A DNA stretch of 50,239 nt from Kiloniellales bacterium (GCA_050330055.1 JBHJOF010000052.1:1-50239), one strand, 5' to 3'. Shown: positions 41,683 to 49,896, counted from the stretch's first letter. Notes: a model not told the origin generated them from the letters alone. Made by a program: numbers and translations.

Positions 41683-42690
41683 TCACCGCTTCTGCTCTAC
41701 CAGCTCGAGCAGCGTCTCGTACTCCGCGGCCACCGCCTCGTTCGAGCGCAGGATGCCACCGCCGACCTCGGCGAAGCGCGTCATCATGTGCGCGCGATCC
41801 TCGGGCGAGAGCTCGATAATCTCTCCGCCGTTGTCGAGCCAGGCCTTGTTGGCCCGCTCGACGTTGGCGATGCCCCAGGGCAGCACCTCCTGCTCGGCCG
41901 CCCGCCCGGCGGCCCGGATCGCCTCTTGCAGCGCCGGCGGCTGGGCCTGGAACCAGGCCTCGTTGACCACCGCCACCGACACGATCTGCTGCGACTGCAG
42001 GTCGGTCACGTGCTTGGCCACGTCGTAGTACTTGAAGGCAGTCAGGATCGGCATGCCGGCCAGCATGCCGTCGATGTTGCCCGACTGCAGCGCCGGAATC
42101 ACCTCGGTCAACGCCAACGGCAGCGGACTGGCGCCCAAGTCCTCCAGCGGCTTGATCTGCAATGGCGAGGCGAAGGTCCGGATCTTCATGCCCTTCATGT
42201 CGGCCAGGCCGTGCACCGGCTGGCGCGCCAAGAGCAGCATGGGGCTGTTGAAGATGGCGCCGATCCCCCGGATGCCCTTGTCGAGCGCCAGCGTCTCCAG
42301 GTGGTCGCGGTAAGCCGGCTCGTGGATCACGCGGGCCAGGTGCTCGGGCGAGTCGAAGATGCCAGGCGCGTCGTAGATCTGGAAGCGCGGATCGGTGCCC
42401 GAAAGAAAGGCCGTCGGCGTGATGAAGCTCTCGATGGTGCCGAGCAGCACGCCCTCGACCATGCGCGGGATGGTGCCGAGCTGGCTCGCCGGGTAGATCT
42501 CGGTGGTGATCTCGTCGCCGGCCGCCTCGCCCAGCTTCTGGGCGAAGACCTTCTGCCACTCGTGCTGCACGTCGTTGATAGTGGCGCTGGCCAGCTTCAT
42601 GACCGTGGCCGCCTGGGGTGCGCGCAGCGGCGCGACCGCGACCACGATCAGCGCTAGCAGGGATAAGGCCGCCATTGTGACTCTGTTCAT
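41683..42690 (-). CDS. dctP: TRAP transporter substrate-binding protein DctP
   Basis: Signal peptide; IYPASQLG, DMKGMKIR (conserved carboxylate-binding Arg) and ALQSGNIDG motifs. Confidence 0.92.
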   Translation of the reverse strand: MNRVTMAALSLLALIVVAVAPLRAPQAATVMKLASATINDVQHEWQKVFAQKLGEAAGDEITTEIYPASQLGTIPRMVEGVLLGTIESFITPTAFLSGTDPRFQIYDAPGIFDSPEHLARVIHEPAYRDHLETLALDKGIRGIGAIFNSPMLLLARQPVHGLADMKGMKIRTFASPLQIKPLEDLGASPLPLALTEVIPALQSGNIDGMLAGMPILTAFKYYDVAKHVTDLQSQQIVSVAVVNEAWFQAQPPALQEAIRAAGRAAEQEVLPWGIANVERANKAWLDNGGEIIELSPEDRAHMMTRFAEVGGGILRSNEAVAAEYETLLELVEQKR

Positions 42691-42715
42691 CTTGCCTCCA
42701 ATCGGCCGGCCGGTC

Positions 42716-43984
42716 CTAGAGCGCCCCGGCCAGCAATAGCGAGAGTTGCGGAACGAAGGTGATCGCCGCCAGCGCCACGATCTGCACGCAGAAGAAGGGC
42801 AGCAGGCCGCGGTAGATATCGGCCAGCCGAGCGGACAGCACGGATTGCGACACGAAGATGTTCAGGCCGAAGGGCGGGGTGAACATACCGATCGCCAGGT
42901 TGACCGTCATGATGATGCCGAAATGGATCGGATCGATGCCGAGATGCTGGATGATCGGCATCAGCATCGGCGTCAGCACCAGGATCGCCGAGGTCGGATC
43001 GAGAAAACAGCCCAGCATCAGCAGCAGCAGGTTGATCGCCAGCAGGAAGCTCACGGCCGAGAGCTCGAGGCCGGCGATCCAGCCGAGGATTGCCTGCGGC
43101 ACGCCCTGAACCGAGAGCACCCAGGAGAACACGCTGGCGCTGGCGACGATGATCAGCACCTGCGCCGTCAGGTAAGCGGACTGCACCGCCGACTCCAGGA
43201 TCACGCTCCAGGTCAGGCTGCGGAACAGGAAGCGCGCCACCAGGATGGCGTAGAGGCAGGCGAAACCGCCGGCCTCGGTCGGCGAGAACAGGCCGAGATA
43301 GATACCGCCAAGCACGAAGAGCGGCATGAAGAGCGCGGCCAGGGCGTCGCGCGTTACCGCCGCCACCGAACCTGCCTGATGCCGGCCGGACTCCAGCTCG
43401 CGGCGCTGCGCCCAGAGGAAGATGTAGGCGGCGACCAGAAGCGCCAGCAGGATGCCGGGCAGGATGCCGGCCAGGAAGAGGCGCGGAATCGACTGCTCGG
43501 CGGTGGCGCCGTAGAGAATCATGGCGATACTCGGCGGCACGATGATGGCGATCGAACCGCTCGAGGTGATGAGCCCGAGCGAGAAGCGCTCGCCGTAGCC
43601 CGAGCGCCTGAGGTCCGGATAGAGGGTCTGACCGAGCGCGGCCACGGTGGCCGGGCTCGAGCCGGAAACCGCGCCCAGCAGCGTCGCGGTGCCGATTGTC
43701 GCCACGCCCAGGCTGCCGCGGATGTGCCCGATGATCGCCAGCGTCCAGCGCACCAGCAGGCCGGCGATGCCACTGCGCGCCATCAGGTCGCCGGCGAAGA
43801 TGAAGAAGGGCACGGCCAAGAGGGCGTAGTTGTCGACGCCGCCGAACATGACCTGGTGCAGGGCAAGCGGCGGCACGCTCATGAAGAGCAGCAGGGTCGC
43901 CGTGGCGCCGGCCAGCAGCACGATGTAGATCGGCAGACCGGCCAGGAAGAGCGCAGCGGGCAGGGCGATCAGAGTCCAGGTCAT
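42716..43984 (-). CDS. dctM: TRAP transporter large permease DctM
   Basis: LLAVPFFIFAG, IIVPPSIAMILY, SPTEA, GIDPIHFG and TPPFGLNIFV motifs. Confidence 0.95.
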   Translation of the reverse strand: MTWTLIALPAALFLAGLPIYIVLLAGATATLLLFMSVPPLALHQVMFGGVDNYALLAVPFFIFAGDLMARSGIAGLLVRWTLAIIGHIRGSLGVATIGTATLLGAVSGSSPATVAALGQTLYPDLRRSGYGERFSLGLITSSGSIAIIVPPSIAMILYGATAEQSIPRLFLAGILPGILLALLVAAYIFLWAQRRELESGRHQAGSVAAVTRDALAALFMPLFVLGGIYLGLFSPTEAGGFACLYAILVARFLFRSLTWSVILESAVQSAYLTAQVLIIVASASVFSWVLSVQGVPQAILGWIAGLELSAVSFLLAINLLLLMLGCFLDPTSAILVLTPMLMPIIQHLGIDPIHFGIIMTVNLAIGMFTPPFGLNIFVSQSVLSARLADIYRGLLPFFCVQIVALAAITFVPQLSLLLAGAL

Positions 43985-44562
43985 GCATCCTGTCCTCCGC
44001 TAGTCCCCACGCTGCTATCCCTGGAGCTGAGGCGCAACGCCGTCGCCGTGCCCTTGACGATCGCCGCCAGCAGCACCAGCAGCGTGAGCCCGAAGCCGAT
44101 TAGGATCGCCGAATGCGGCACATAGGTCGGCACCGCCGCCGCCATAGACCATTGATTCAAAGTCCAGAGGCGCTCGACCACCTGGAGCGACTGCAGGGCG
44201 ACAAAGCCGAGCAAGCCCGCGGCAACCAGATCACCGGCGAGCCGGACCAGGGCCCGGGCCCGGTCCGGCAGGCGCTGCTGCAGCACGTCGAAGGAGAGCT
44301 GCCGGCGGTCGGCGGTGACGAAGGCGCAGCCCAGGAAGACCAGCCAGACCATGCCGAAGACCAGCAGCTCGTCCGAGCCGCCGATCGCCTGGCCCAAGAG
44401 ATAGCGTGCCAGCGCGTTGGCGACATTGAGCAGCACCATGGCCAGCAGCAGCAGCCCTAGCAGAACACGCACCGCGCGTACGACGAAGCCGGCCAGCGAG
44501 GCCGAGCCCTGGACCAGGCCGCTTGCCGTCGCTGCGCTCGTTGTGTGGGGCGCCGGGCTCAT
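43981..44562 (-). CDS. dctQ: TRAP transporter small permease DctQ
   Basis: 4 TM segments; ARYLLG..SDEL..VWLVFLG motif; overlaps the dctM start. Confidence 0.9.
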   Translation of the reverse strand: MSPAPHTTSAATASGLVQGSASLAGFVVRAVRVLLGLLLLAMVLLNVANALARYLLGQAIGGSDELLVFGMVWLVFLGCAFVTADRRQLSFDVLQQRLPDRARALVRLAGDLVAAGLLGFVALQSLQVVERLWTLNQWSMAAAVPTYVPHSAILIGFGLTLLVLLAAIVKGTATALRLSSRDSSVGTSGGQDA

Positions 44563-44570
44563 GGCTCCTC

Positions 44571-45488
44571 TCAGGCCTCCAGCGCCTTGCGCACGGCGAC
44601 CAGCTTCTTCGCCCGCTCGGCGCGCAGCGCGGCGATCTCGTCGGGCCTGTAACTGAAGAGACCGCGCCCGCTCTTCATGCCGAGCTCGCCGCGCGCGGTG
44701 TGCTCGGTGATCATGGCGCTCACGTCGGGCCGGGCGCAGAGCTCCTTGTTCAGGTAGCTGCCGACCGCTTGGTAGATGTCGAGCCCAGCCATGTCGAGCA
44801 GCGCCATCGGCCCGACTACGGCCAGCTTGTAGCCGATGCCCCAGGAAACGCAGGTATCGAGGGCCTCGGGCTCGATCACGCCCTGCTCCACTAGGTCGAC
44901 CGCCTCGCGCATGATGGCGTAGAGGATGCGGTTCTCGACGAAACCCGGCACGTCCTTCTTGACCACCACGGGCTGCAGGTTGAGGGAACGGACGATCTCG
45001 ACCATGCGGGTCACGGTTTCGGGGCTGGTCTCGGCGCCGGCCACCACCTCGATGATCGGGATGATGTGCGGCGGGTTCGACCAGTGCATGCCGACGACGC
45101 GGCCCGGCGCCGGCAGGCCGGCCTGCAGCTTGCTGATCGGGATGCCCGAGGTGTCCGAGGCGATCAGGCAGCTCTCGTCTACGCCGGCCGCCACGCTGCG
45201 CAGCACCTCGATCTTCAGCTCGAGCGTCTCGGGCACGTTCTCGATCACCAGCTCGGCGTCGGCGATGCAGTCTGCCAGGTCAGCGGTGATGCGTGGCGCC
45301 AGGGCGGCGCCTTGCTTGGGCATGCCGAGCGCGTCCAGCACGTCGCCGGCGGCGGCGATCGTGGCCGACGCCCTGTCGCGCTGCTCGGCGCTCAGGTCGG
45401 TGGCGGCGACCGCCAGGCCGGCGCGCGCCAGCGTGGCGACCATGCCCGGCCCCATCGTCCCCAAGCCGATCACTGCGACCTTTTGCAT
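44571..45488 (-). CDS. fhmpcd1: 5-formyl-3-hydroxy-2-methylpyridine-4-carboxylate (FHMPC) 5-dehydrogenase
   Basis: 3-hydroxyacyl-CoA dehydrogenase fold with IGLGTMGPGM, ASDTSGIPI, GMHWSNPPHIIP, KKDVPGFVENR and LDTCVSWGIGYK, matching Mlr6793 as recalled. Confidence 0.92.
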   Translation of the reverse strand: MQKVAVIGLGTMGPGMVATLARAGLAVAATDLSAEQRDRASATIAAAGDVLDALGMPKQGAALAPRITADLADCIADAELVIENVPETLELKIEVLRSVAAGVDESCLIASDTSGIPISKLQAGLPAPGRVVGMHWSNPPHIIPIIEVVAGAETSPETVTRMVEIVRSLNLQPVVVKKDVPGFVENRILYAIMREAVDLVEQGVIEPEALDTCVSWGIGYKLAVVGPMALLDMAGLDIYQAVGSYLNKELCARPDVSAMITEHTARGELGMKSGRGLFSYRPDEIAALRAERAKKLVAVRKALEA

Positions 45489-45516
45489 GTCCGTGCCGCT
45501 CCCCCGTCTTGATATC

Positions 45517-46116
45517 TCAGCCGGTCGCCGTCTGATAGGCCGGGCGCTGGCGCAGGCGCGCGACCCAGGCCTTGACGTTCGGCAGGGCCGAGAGCTCGAC
45601 CGGGAAGTTGACGCAGCGGTCGACGATCGGCCCCAGGCAAATGTCGGCCAGGGTCATCTCGGCGCCGGCCATCCAGTCCTTGCCGGCCAGCGCGCCGTCG
45701 AGGATCTTGAGCTGCGCATCGAGTTCCTTGGCGTCGTCGGCCAGGCTCGGCGCGCGTTCTTCCGGCGGCTTCCGCGACTCGCGGAAGATCGCCATATAAT
45801 AGGGATTGAGCGAGGCGAGCTGCCAGTCCATCCAGCGCTCGACCTGGCTGCGCGCCGCCGGGTCGCTGGGATAGAGCTTGCCGTTCTGCTTGCTGCTCAG
45901 GTACCGCAGGATGGTGTTCGATTCCCAGATCACCACGTTATCGTCGACCAGGGTCGGTACCTTGCCGTTCGGGTTCAGCTTCAGATAGGCCTCGTCCTGC
46001 GTGTTGCCGAACTGGCGGCCGTAGTCCTCGCGCGCATAGGGAGTGCCCAGCTCCTCGAGCAGCCATACCACCTTCTGTACGTTTCCGGATGTCTTGCGTC
46101 CCAAGAGCTTCAGCAT
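45517..46116 (-). CDS. Glutathione S-transferase (GstB/YliJ-like)
   Basis: GRKTSGNVQKV, LNPNGKVPTL, WESNTILRYL and TLADI motifs. Confidence 0.93.
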   Translation of the reverse strand: MLKLLGRKTSGNVQKVVWLLEELGTPYAREDYGRQFGNTQDEAYLKLNPNGKVPTLVDDNVVIWESNTILRYLSSKQNGKLYPSDPAARSQVERWMDWQLASLNPYYMAIFRESRKPPEERAPSLADDAKELDAQLKILDGALAGKDWMAGAEMTLADICLGPIVDRCVNFPVELSALPNVKAWVARLRQRPAYQTATG

Positions 46117-46137
46117 CTCTTCGTTTGCTCCCTAGGT

Positions 46138-46530
46138 TCAGTCGACAGGCTTGTAGGCGATCGCGTCCATCTCGATCTTGGTGTCGATGACGGCGCGCGC
46201 CTCCACCGTGGTGCGGGCGATCAGGCCCTCCGGGAAATACTCGGCGAAGGTCCGGTTATAGCGGCCGAAGTCGCGTGCGTCGTCGAGGTAGACCGTGACC
46301 CGCACGATATCGCCCAGATCGGCATCCTCCTCGGCCAGGATGCGGCGCAGGCACTCGATGGTCCAGCGTGTCTGCTCCTCGATGGTACCGGCGCACATGG
46401 TGCCGTTCTCGTCCTTGGCGACCTGCCCGGAGATGAAGATGTAGTCGCCGGCCCGCACCGCAGGATGGAACGGCAGGTTCGGGTTTTTCTTGCCGATCGG
46501 CTTGATGCGCTTCTTCTTGTCCTTGCCCAT
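46138..46530 (-). CDS. RidA/YjgF family imine/enamine deaminase
   Basis: Start about ATG 46530 (or 46545). AVRAGDYIFISGQV, IEEQT, ARTTV (Arg at the RidA Arg105-equivalent position) and KIEMDA motifs. Confidence 0.92.
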   Translation of the reverse strand: MGKDKKKRIKPIGKKNPNLPFHPAVRAGDYIFISGQVAKDENGTMCAGTIEEQTRWTIECLRRILAEEDADLGDIVRVTVYLDDARDFGRYNRTFAEYFPEGLIARTTVEARAVIDTKIEMDAIAYKPVD

Positions 46531-46553
46531 GCGTTTCCCCGTCATGCGTTCGG

Positions 46554-47681
46554 TCAGAGGACCGAGGTCTCGATGACGTCGACCCCCCTCTGCCGGTCGA
46601 TCAGATAGATCAGGCCGCGCGAGTCCATGGTCACGTCGTTCGACGAGGCCAGCTCGAAGCCCTCGGGCGCGTCCGCCTCGTAAAAGGCGACCTCCTTGGG
46701 CTGATAGGGGTCGGCGATGTCGAGGATGCGCAGCCCCTTGGCGAACCAGGCGAAGGGGATGATGGTGCCATTGAATCGCTCGGATGGCTGGTGGCAGCCC
46801 AACATCGGCTGCTGCGGCGCGCCGTCCGGGTCGAGCCCCTCGACCTGAAAGGTCGCGATCGGCACCGGGCACTGCTCGTTGGTGATGTCGTAGATCCAGG
46901 CGAAGGCCGGCGCCGCCGGCCACAGCTTGGCCACGTCCTCGTCGGCCACCACCATGACGTTGCGGCCCTTGAGCGGCGTCGGGATCGGCAGACAGGTGTG
47001 GGTCGGATGCGGGAAGGCCGGCGAGCTGTTGCCGCCGGCAATCGCCCGCGGTTTCGACAGATCGCTGATGTCGAGGATCCAGTAGCCGTGGTGCCAGTAG
47101 CTGACGTAGAGCCGATCACCCAGGCGCAGCGGATGGTGGCAGCGCGGCGGCACCCAGTTGTGCCAGGGATAGTCCTCGCCGCCGGCCTCCCACTGGCCCG
47201 GAATCCACCAGCGGCCGACCTCCTCGGGCTTGGCCGGGTCCTGCAGGTCGAGGATCATCATGATGTTACCGACAAAGCCCTCGGCGGTCGGCGAGATGTA
47301 GGCGTAGCGGCCGTCGAAGTCGTAGCGGTGCACGCCCTTGCCGTGGGTGCGCCACTTGGCGATCAGCTTGGGCTCGGCCGGCCTTGAGACGTCGTAGATG
47401 CCGAGCCCGCCGCCGAATTCCGTGTCGCCGCCCTGGCCCTGGCGCTCGTGGTTGACCACCATGATGTCATTGGCGACGCGCACCTTGTGCGAGTGCCAGC
47501 CGGCCGGCATGTCGATGCGGGCCAGCAGCTTGGGATGCCGCGGATCGGCGACGTCGTAGATCGAGGTGCCGGTCGGATTCCGCATGTGGCCGACATAGAG
47601 GGTGGTGCCGTCGACCCAGACCTGGCCGCCGCCGGGGCAGTCGATATGGGCAAGCTGCTTGGTGTTCCAGGCCTTCGCCAT
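46554..47681 (-). CDS. LVIVD-repeat beta-propeller protein, putative metalloenzyme
   Basis: Repeated blades (SIYDVADPRHP, GIYDVSRPAEP, MILDLQDPAKP, WILDISDLSKP, WIYDITNEQCP, RILDIADPYQP), with His residues recurring in the inter-blade loops. No signal peptide. Confidence 0.85.
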   Translation of the reverse strand: MAKAWNTKQLAHIDCPGGGQVWVDGTTLYVGHMRNPTGTSIYDVADPRHPKLLARIDMPAGWHSHKVRVANDIMVVNHERQGQGGDTEFGGGLGIYDVSRPAEPKLIAKWRTHGKGVHRYDFDGRYAYISPTAEGFVGNIMMILDLQDPAKPEEVGRWWIPGQWEAGGEDYPWHNWVPPRCHHPLRLGDRLYVSYWHHGYWILDISDLSKPRAIAGGNSSPAFPHPTHTCLPIPTPLKGRNVMVVADEDVAKLWPAAPAFAWIYDITNEQCPVPIATFQVEGLDPDGAPQQPMLGCHQPSERFNGTIIPFAWFAKGLRILDIADPYQPKEVAFYEADAPEGFELASSNDVTMDSRGLIYLIDRQRGVDVIETSVL

Positions 47682-47708
47682 GAGATCGCGCCCTCGCCGC
47701 CAGAAAGA

Positions 47709-48863
47709 TCAGACCAGGCGCACGACTTCGCCTGACTCCAGGCGGCCGTGCTTCTGGTAGAGGGAGAGCGCCTTCAGGGTCGGCTCGTCGCTGGCGACGA
47801 AGAGGATGGCCGGTCTGTCGGACTCGTTGACGTGCTCGCACCAGCAGCCGCCCGGGACGGCAAAGGTGTCGAAAGGCGACCAGTCCAGCCGCGTTCCCTC
47901 GACGATGCTGTGGCCGCGCCCTTCGAAGGGGGCGCAGAGCAGGCTGGCGTTCTGCTTCAAGGGACGCGTCCTCTCGCCGGGGCGCAGCATCTGCGCGAAA
48001 AAGGTGATAGTCTTGAAGACCGGCTTGCCGTTCGTCGGGTCGACGTATTCGACCAGCAGGGCCTCGTAGGGATCGCCGTCCCAGTCGGCAAACCTGTCGA
48101 GCAGATCGCGCATCGTCTCCCAGCGGTAGACGTACATGGGCGAGGCGTTACCGGTGCCGCGGTCATGGCTCAGGAAGCGCGGCATCAGGCCGCCGCTGCC
48201 GTAGACGCGCTGCGAGTAGTCCGATGGGAAGCGTTCCGACTGCACCTGCTTGCGGATGCGCTCGCCTTTCTCGACCTCTGTGTAGTCGTGCTCGAAATAG
48301 GTGGCGTTCAGGGTCTCGACCAGCGGCACGTCGAGCACGCTCAGATTGATCGCCGGCTCGTCGCCCTGGTTGCCGTGGTTGTGCCAGGTGTCGTGCGGTG
48401 TCAGCACCATGTCGCCCGGGCCGAAGGTGATGTTCTCGCCCTCGACGCCGGTGAAGTTCAGCTTGCCGGTCAGGCCGAAGCGGATGGCGTTCGGCGAGTG
48501 GCGGTGCGGCGGCATGATCTCGTGTGGGTCGTTCAGGCGATAGGCCGTGTACATGGTGCTGACCGAAGCGCGGCGCGGCGCCAGGCCCGGGTTGACCAGG
48601 ATCAGCGAGCGCCGTTCCGAGGATTCGGTGGTGATCAGCTCGGCCGAGCGATGGAGCAGCGGCTCGATGTCGCGTTCGTACTTCCAGATAAAGGGGACCG
48701 CCTTCTGGGTGTCCATGACCTGGCGGTCTTCGTCATGATAGGCGTCGGTGTTGATTGCCCAGAAGGGCGCCATGTTGGCGCCGAAGACGTCCTCGTGCAG
48801 CCGGTCGAGCGCCGCCTTCAGGTTGTGATCGGCTTCCGGACTGGCTTTCGACGCTTTCGACAT
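47709..48863 (-). CDS. Bicupin ring-cleaving dioxygenase, gentisate/salicylate/1-hydroxy-2-naphthoate 1,2-dioxygenase family
   Basis: Start ATG 48863. ERRSLILVNPGL, PPHRHSPNAIRF and DMVLTPHDTWHNHGN carry the Fe(II) His ligands, with LDVPLV and EYVDPTNG also present. The second cupin lacks the HxH motif. Confidence 0.88.
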   Translation of the reverse strand: MSKASKASPEADHNLKAALDRLHEDVFGANMAPFWAINTDAYHDEDRQVMDTQKAVPFIWKYERDIEPLLHRSAELITTESSERRSLILVNPGLAPRRASVSTMYTAYRLNDPHEIMPPHRHSPNAIRFGLTGKLNFTGVEGENITFGPGDMVLTPHDTWHNHGNQGDEPAINLSVLDVPLVETLNATYFEHDYTEVEKGERIRKQVQSERFPSDYSQRVYGSGGLMPRFLSHDRGTGNASPMYVYRWETMRDLLDRFADWDGDPYEALLVEYVDPTNGKPVFKTITFFAQMLRPGERTRPLKQNASLLCAPFEGRGHSIVEGTRLDWSPFDTFAVPGGCWCEHVNESDRPAILFVASDEPTLKALSLYQKHGRLESGEVVRLV

Positions 48864-48917
48864 GGGCGCGCACCTCGTTCCTTCACGCTTGCCTGCCGGC
48901 AGGCAGGGACATTGTCT

Positions 48918-48950
48918 TTGGTTCGACACGGTAACCAATGACGGAACCAA
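48918..48950. promoter_or_regulatory. Candidate GntR/FadR operator in the divergent promoter region
   Basis: TTGGTT-N9-AACCAA (48918-48938) plus a further AACCAA at 48945-48950, in an AT-richer intergenic region between the cupin operon and the GntR gene. Confidence 0.45.
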
Positions 48951-49126
48951 GCGTCAAGAACATCTCACATTTGGTCTCGTCACGACGCCGATTGGATTGT
49001 AGTAGATGCAGGAAACATCGCTTGCGCGATGCGAGACCATTATGATACCAATCTCCGCTGACGAAGCCTTGCAGCGTCGGGGCGGGCATTTCGGTCTCCG
49101 TCCGTCCCCGCCGCGCCAACCAAAGA

Positions 49127-49822
49127 GTGATCAGTCCGATGGAACGCTACGAGCACACTTTGGCGAAACTACGCGAGTTCCTCAGCGCCGGTGCCCTGAT
49201 CGGCGGCGATCGCCTGCCGCCCGAGCGCACGCTGGCCAGCGAGCTGCGGGTCGGCCGCCGCTCGCTGCGCCGGGCGCTCAGCGTGCTGGAAGAGGAGGGA
49301 CGCATCTCCCGGCAGCAGGGACGCGGCACCTTCATCAGCTCGGCGATCACGGTGCCGGCGCGCGGCATGGGGCAGATCCTCGAGCACACCAATCCGCTCG
49401 AGGTGATCGAGGTGCGCCTCTCGATCGAGCCGGTGATGGCGCGGCTGGCGGCGCTGCGCGCCTCGCACTGCGACATCGAGCGGCTGCACCGACTGGCCGG
49501 GGTGACAGCGACGGTGCAGGACCCGGCCGACTACGAGGCGGCCGATTCGGCCTTTCACCGCCGCATCGCCGAGGCTTCGCGCAACGCGCTCTTCCTCACC
49601 CTGTTCGACACGCTGAGCGCCAGCCGCAAGGACGCGGCATGGCGTCGCCTCGGCGAGAACGCTCACTGCTACAAGCGGCAGGCGGTTCATGCCGGCTTTC
49701 ACAACCGCATCGCCGAGGCGATCGGCGCGCGCGACGGCGCGACGGCCGAGCAGCTGATGTACGATCACCTGAGCGACGTGCAGCAGCACATCTATCAGCA
49801 CATCTTTCCGCTGCGCGCATAG
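49127..49822 (+). CDS. GntR/FadR-family transcriptional regulator (FCD domain)
   Basis: RLPPERTLASELRVGRRSLRRALSVLEEEG..GRGTF winged HTH; EVRLSIEP, DSAFHRRIAEASRN and MYDHL FCD motifs. Start is GTG 49127 or ATG 49139. Confidence 0.93.
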   Translation: MISPMERYEHTLAKLREFLSAGALIGGDRLPPERTLASELRVGRRSLRRALSVLEEEGRISRQQGRGTFISSAITVPARGMGQILEHTNPLEVIEVRLSIEPVMARLAALRASHCDIERLHRLAGVTATVQDPADYEAADSAFHRRIAEASRNALFLTLFDTLSASRKDAAWRRLGENAHCYKRQAVHAGFHNRIAEAIGARDGATAEQLMYDHLSDVQQHIYQHIFPLRA

Positions 49823-49896
49823 GGCGGGGTCAACGGGGCAGTCTCGCGCTTCGGCACAGCGGTTGTTGAGGCCAGAATAGCCGCAGGGGGAACTGC

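Noticed and set aside
44571-45488. Fatty-acid 3-hydroxyacyl-CoA dehydrogenase call
   Set aside because: SDTSG, HWSNPPH and GFVENR are FHMPC dehydrogenase variants, and no beta-oxidation genes are nearby.
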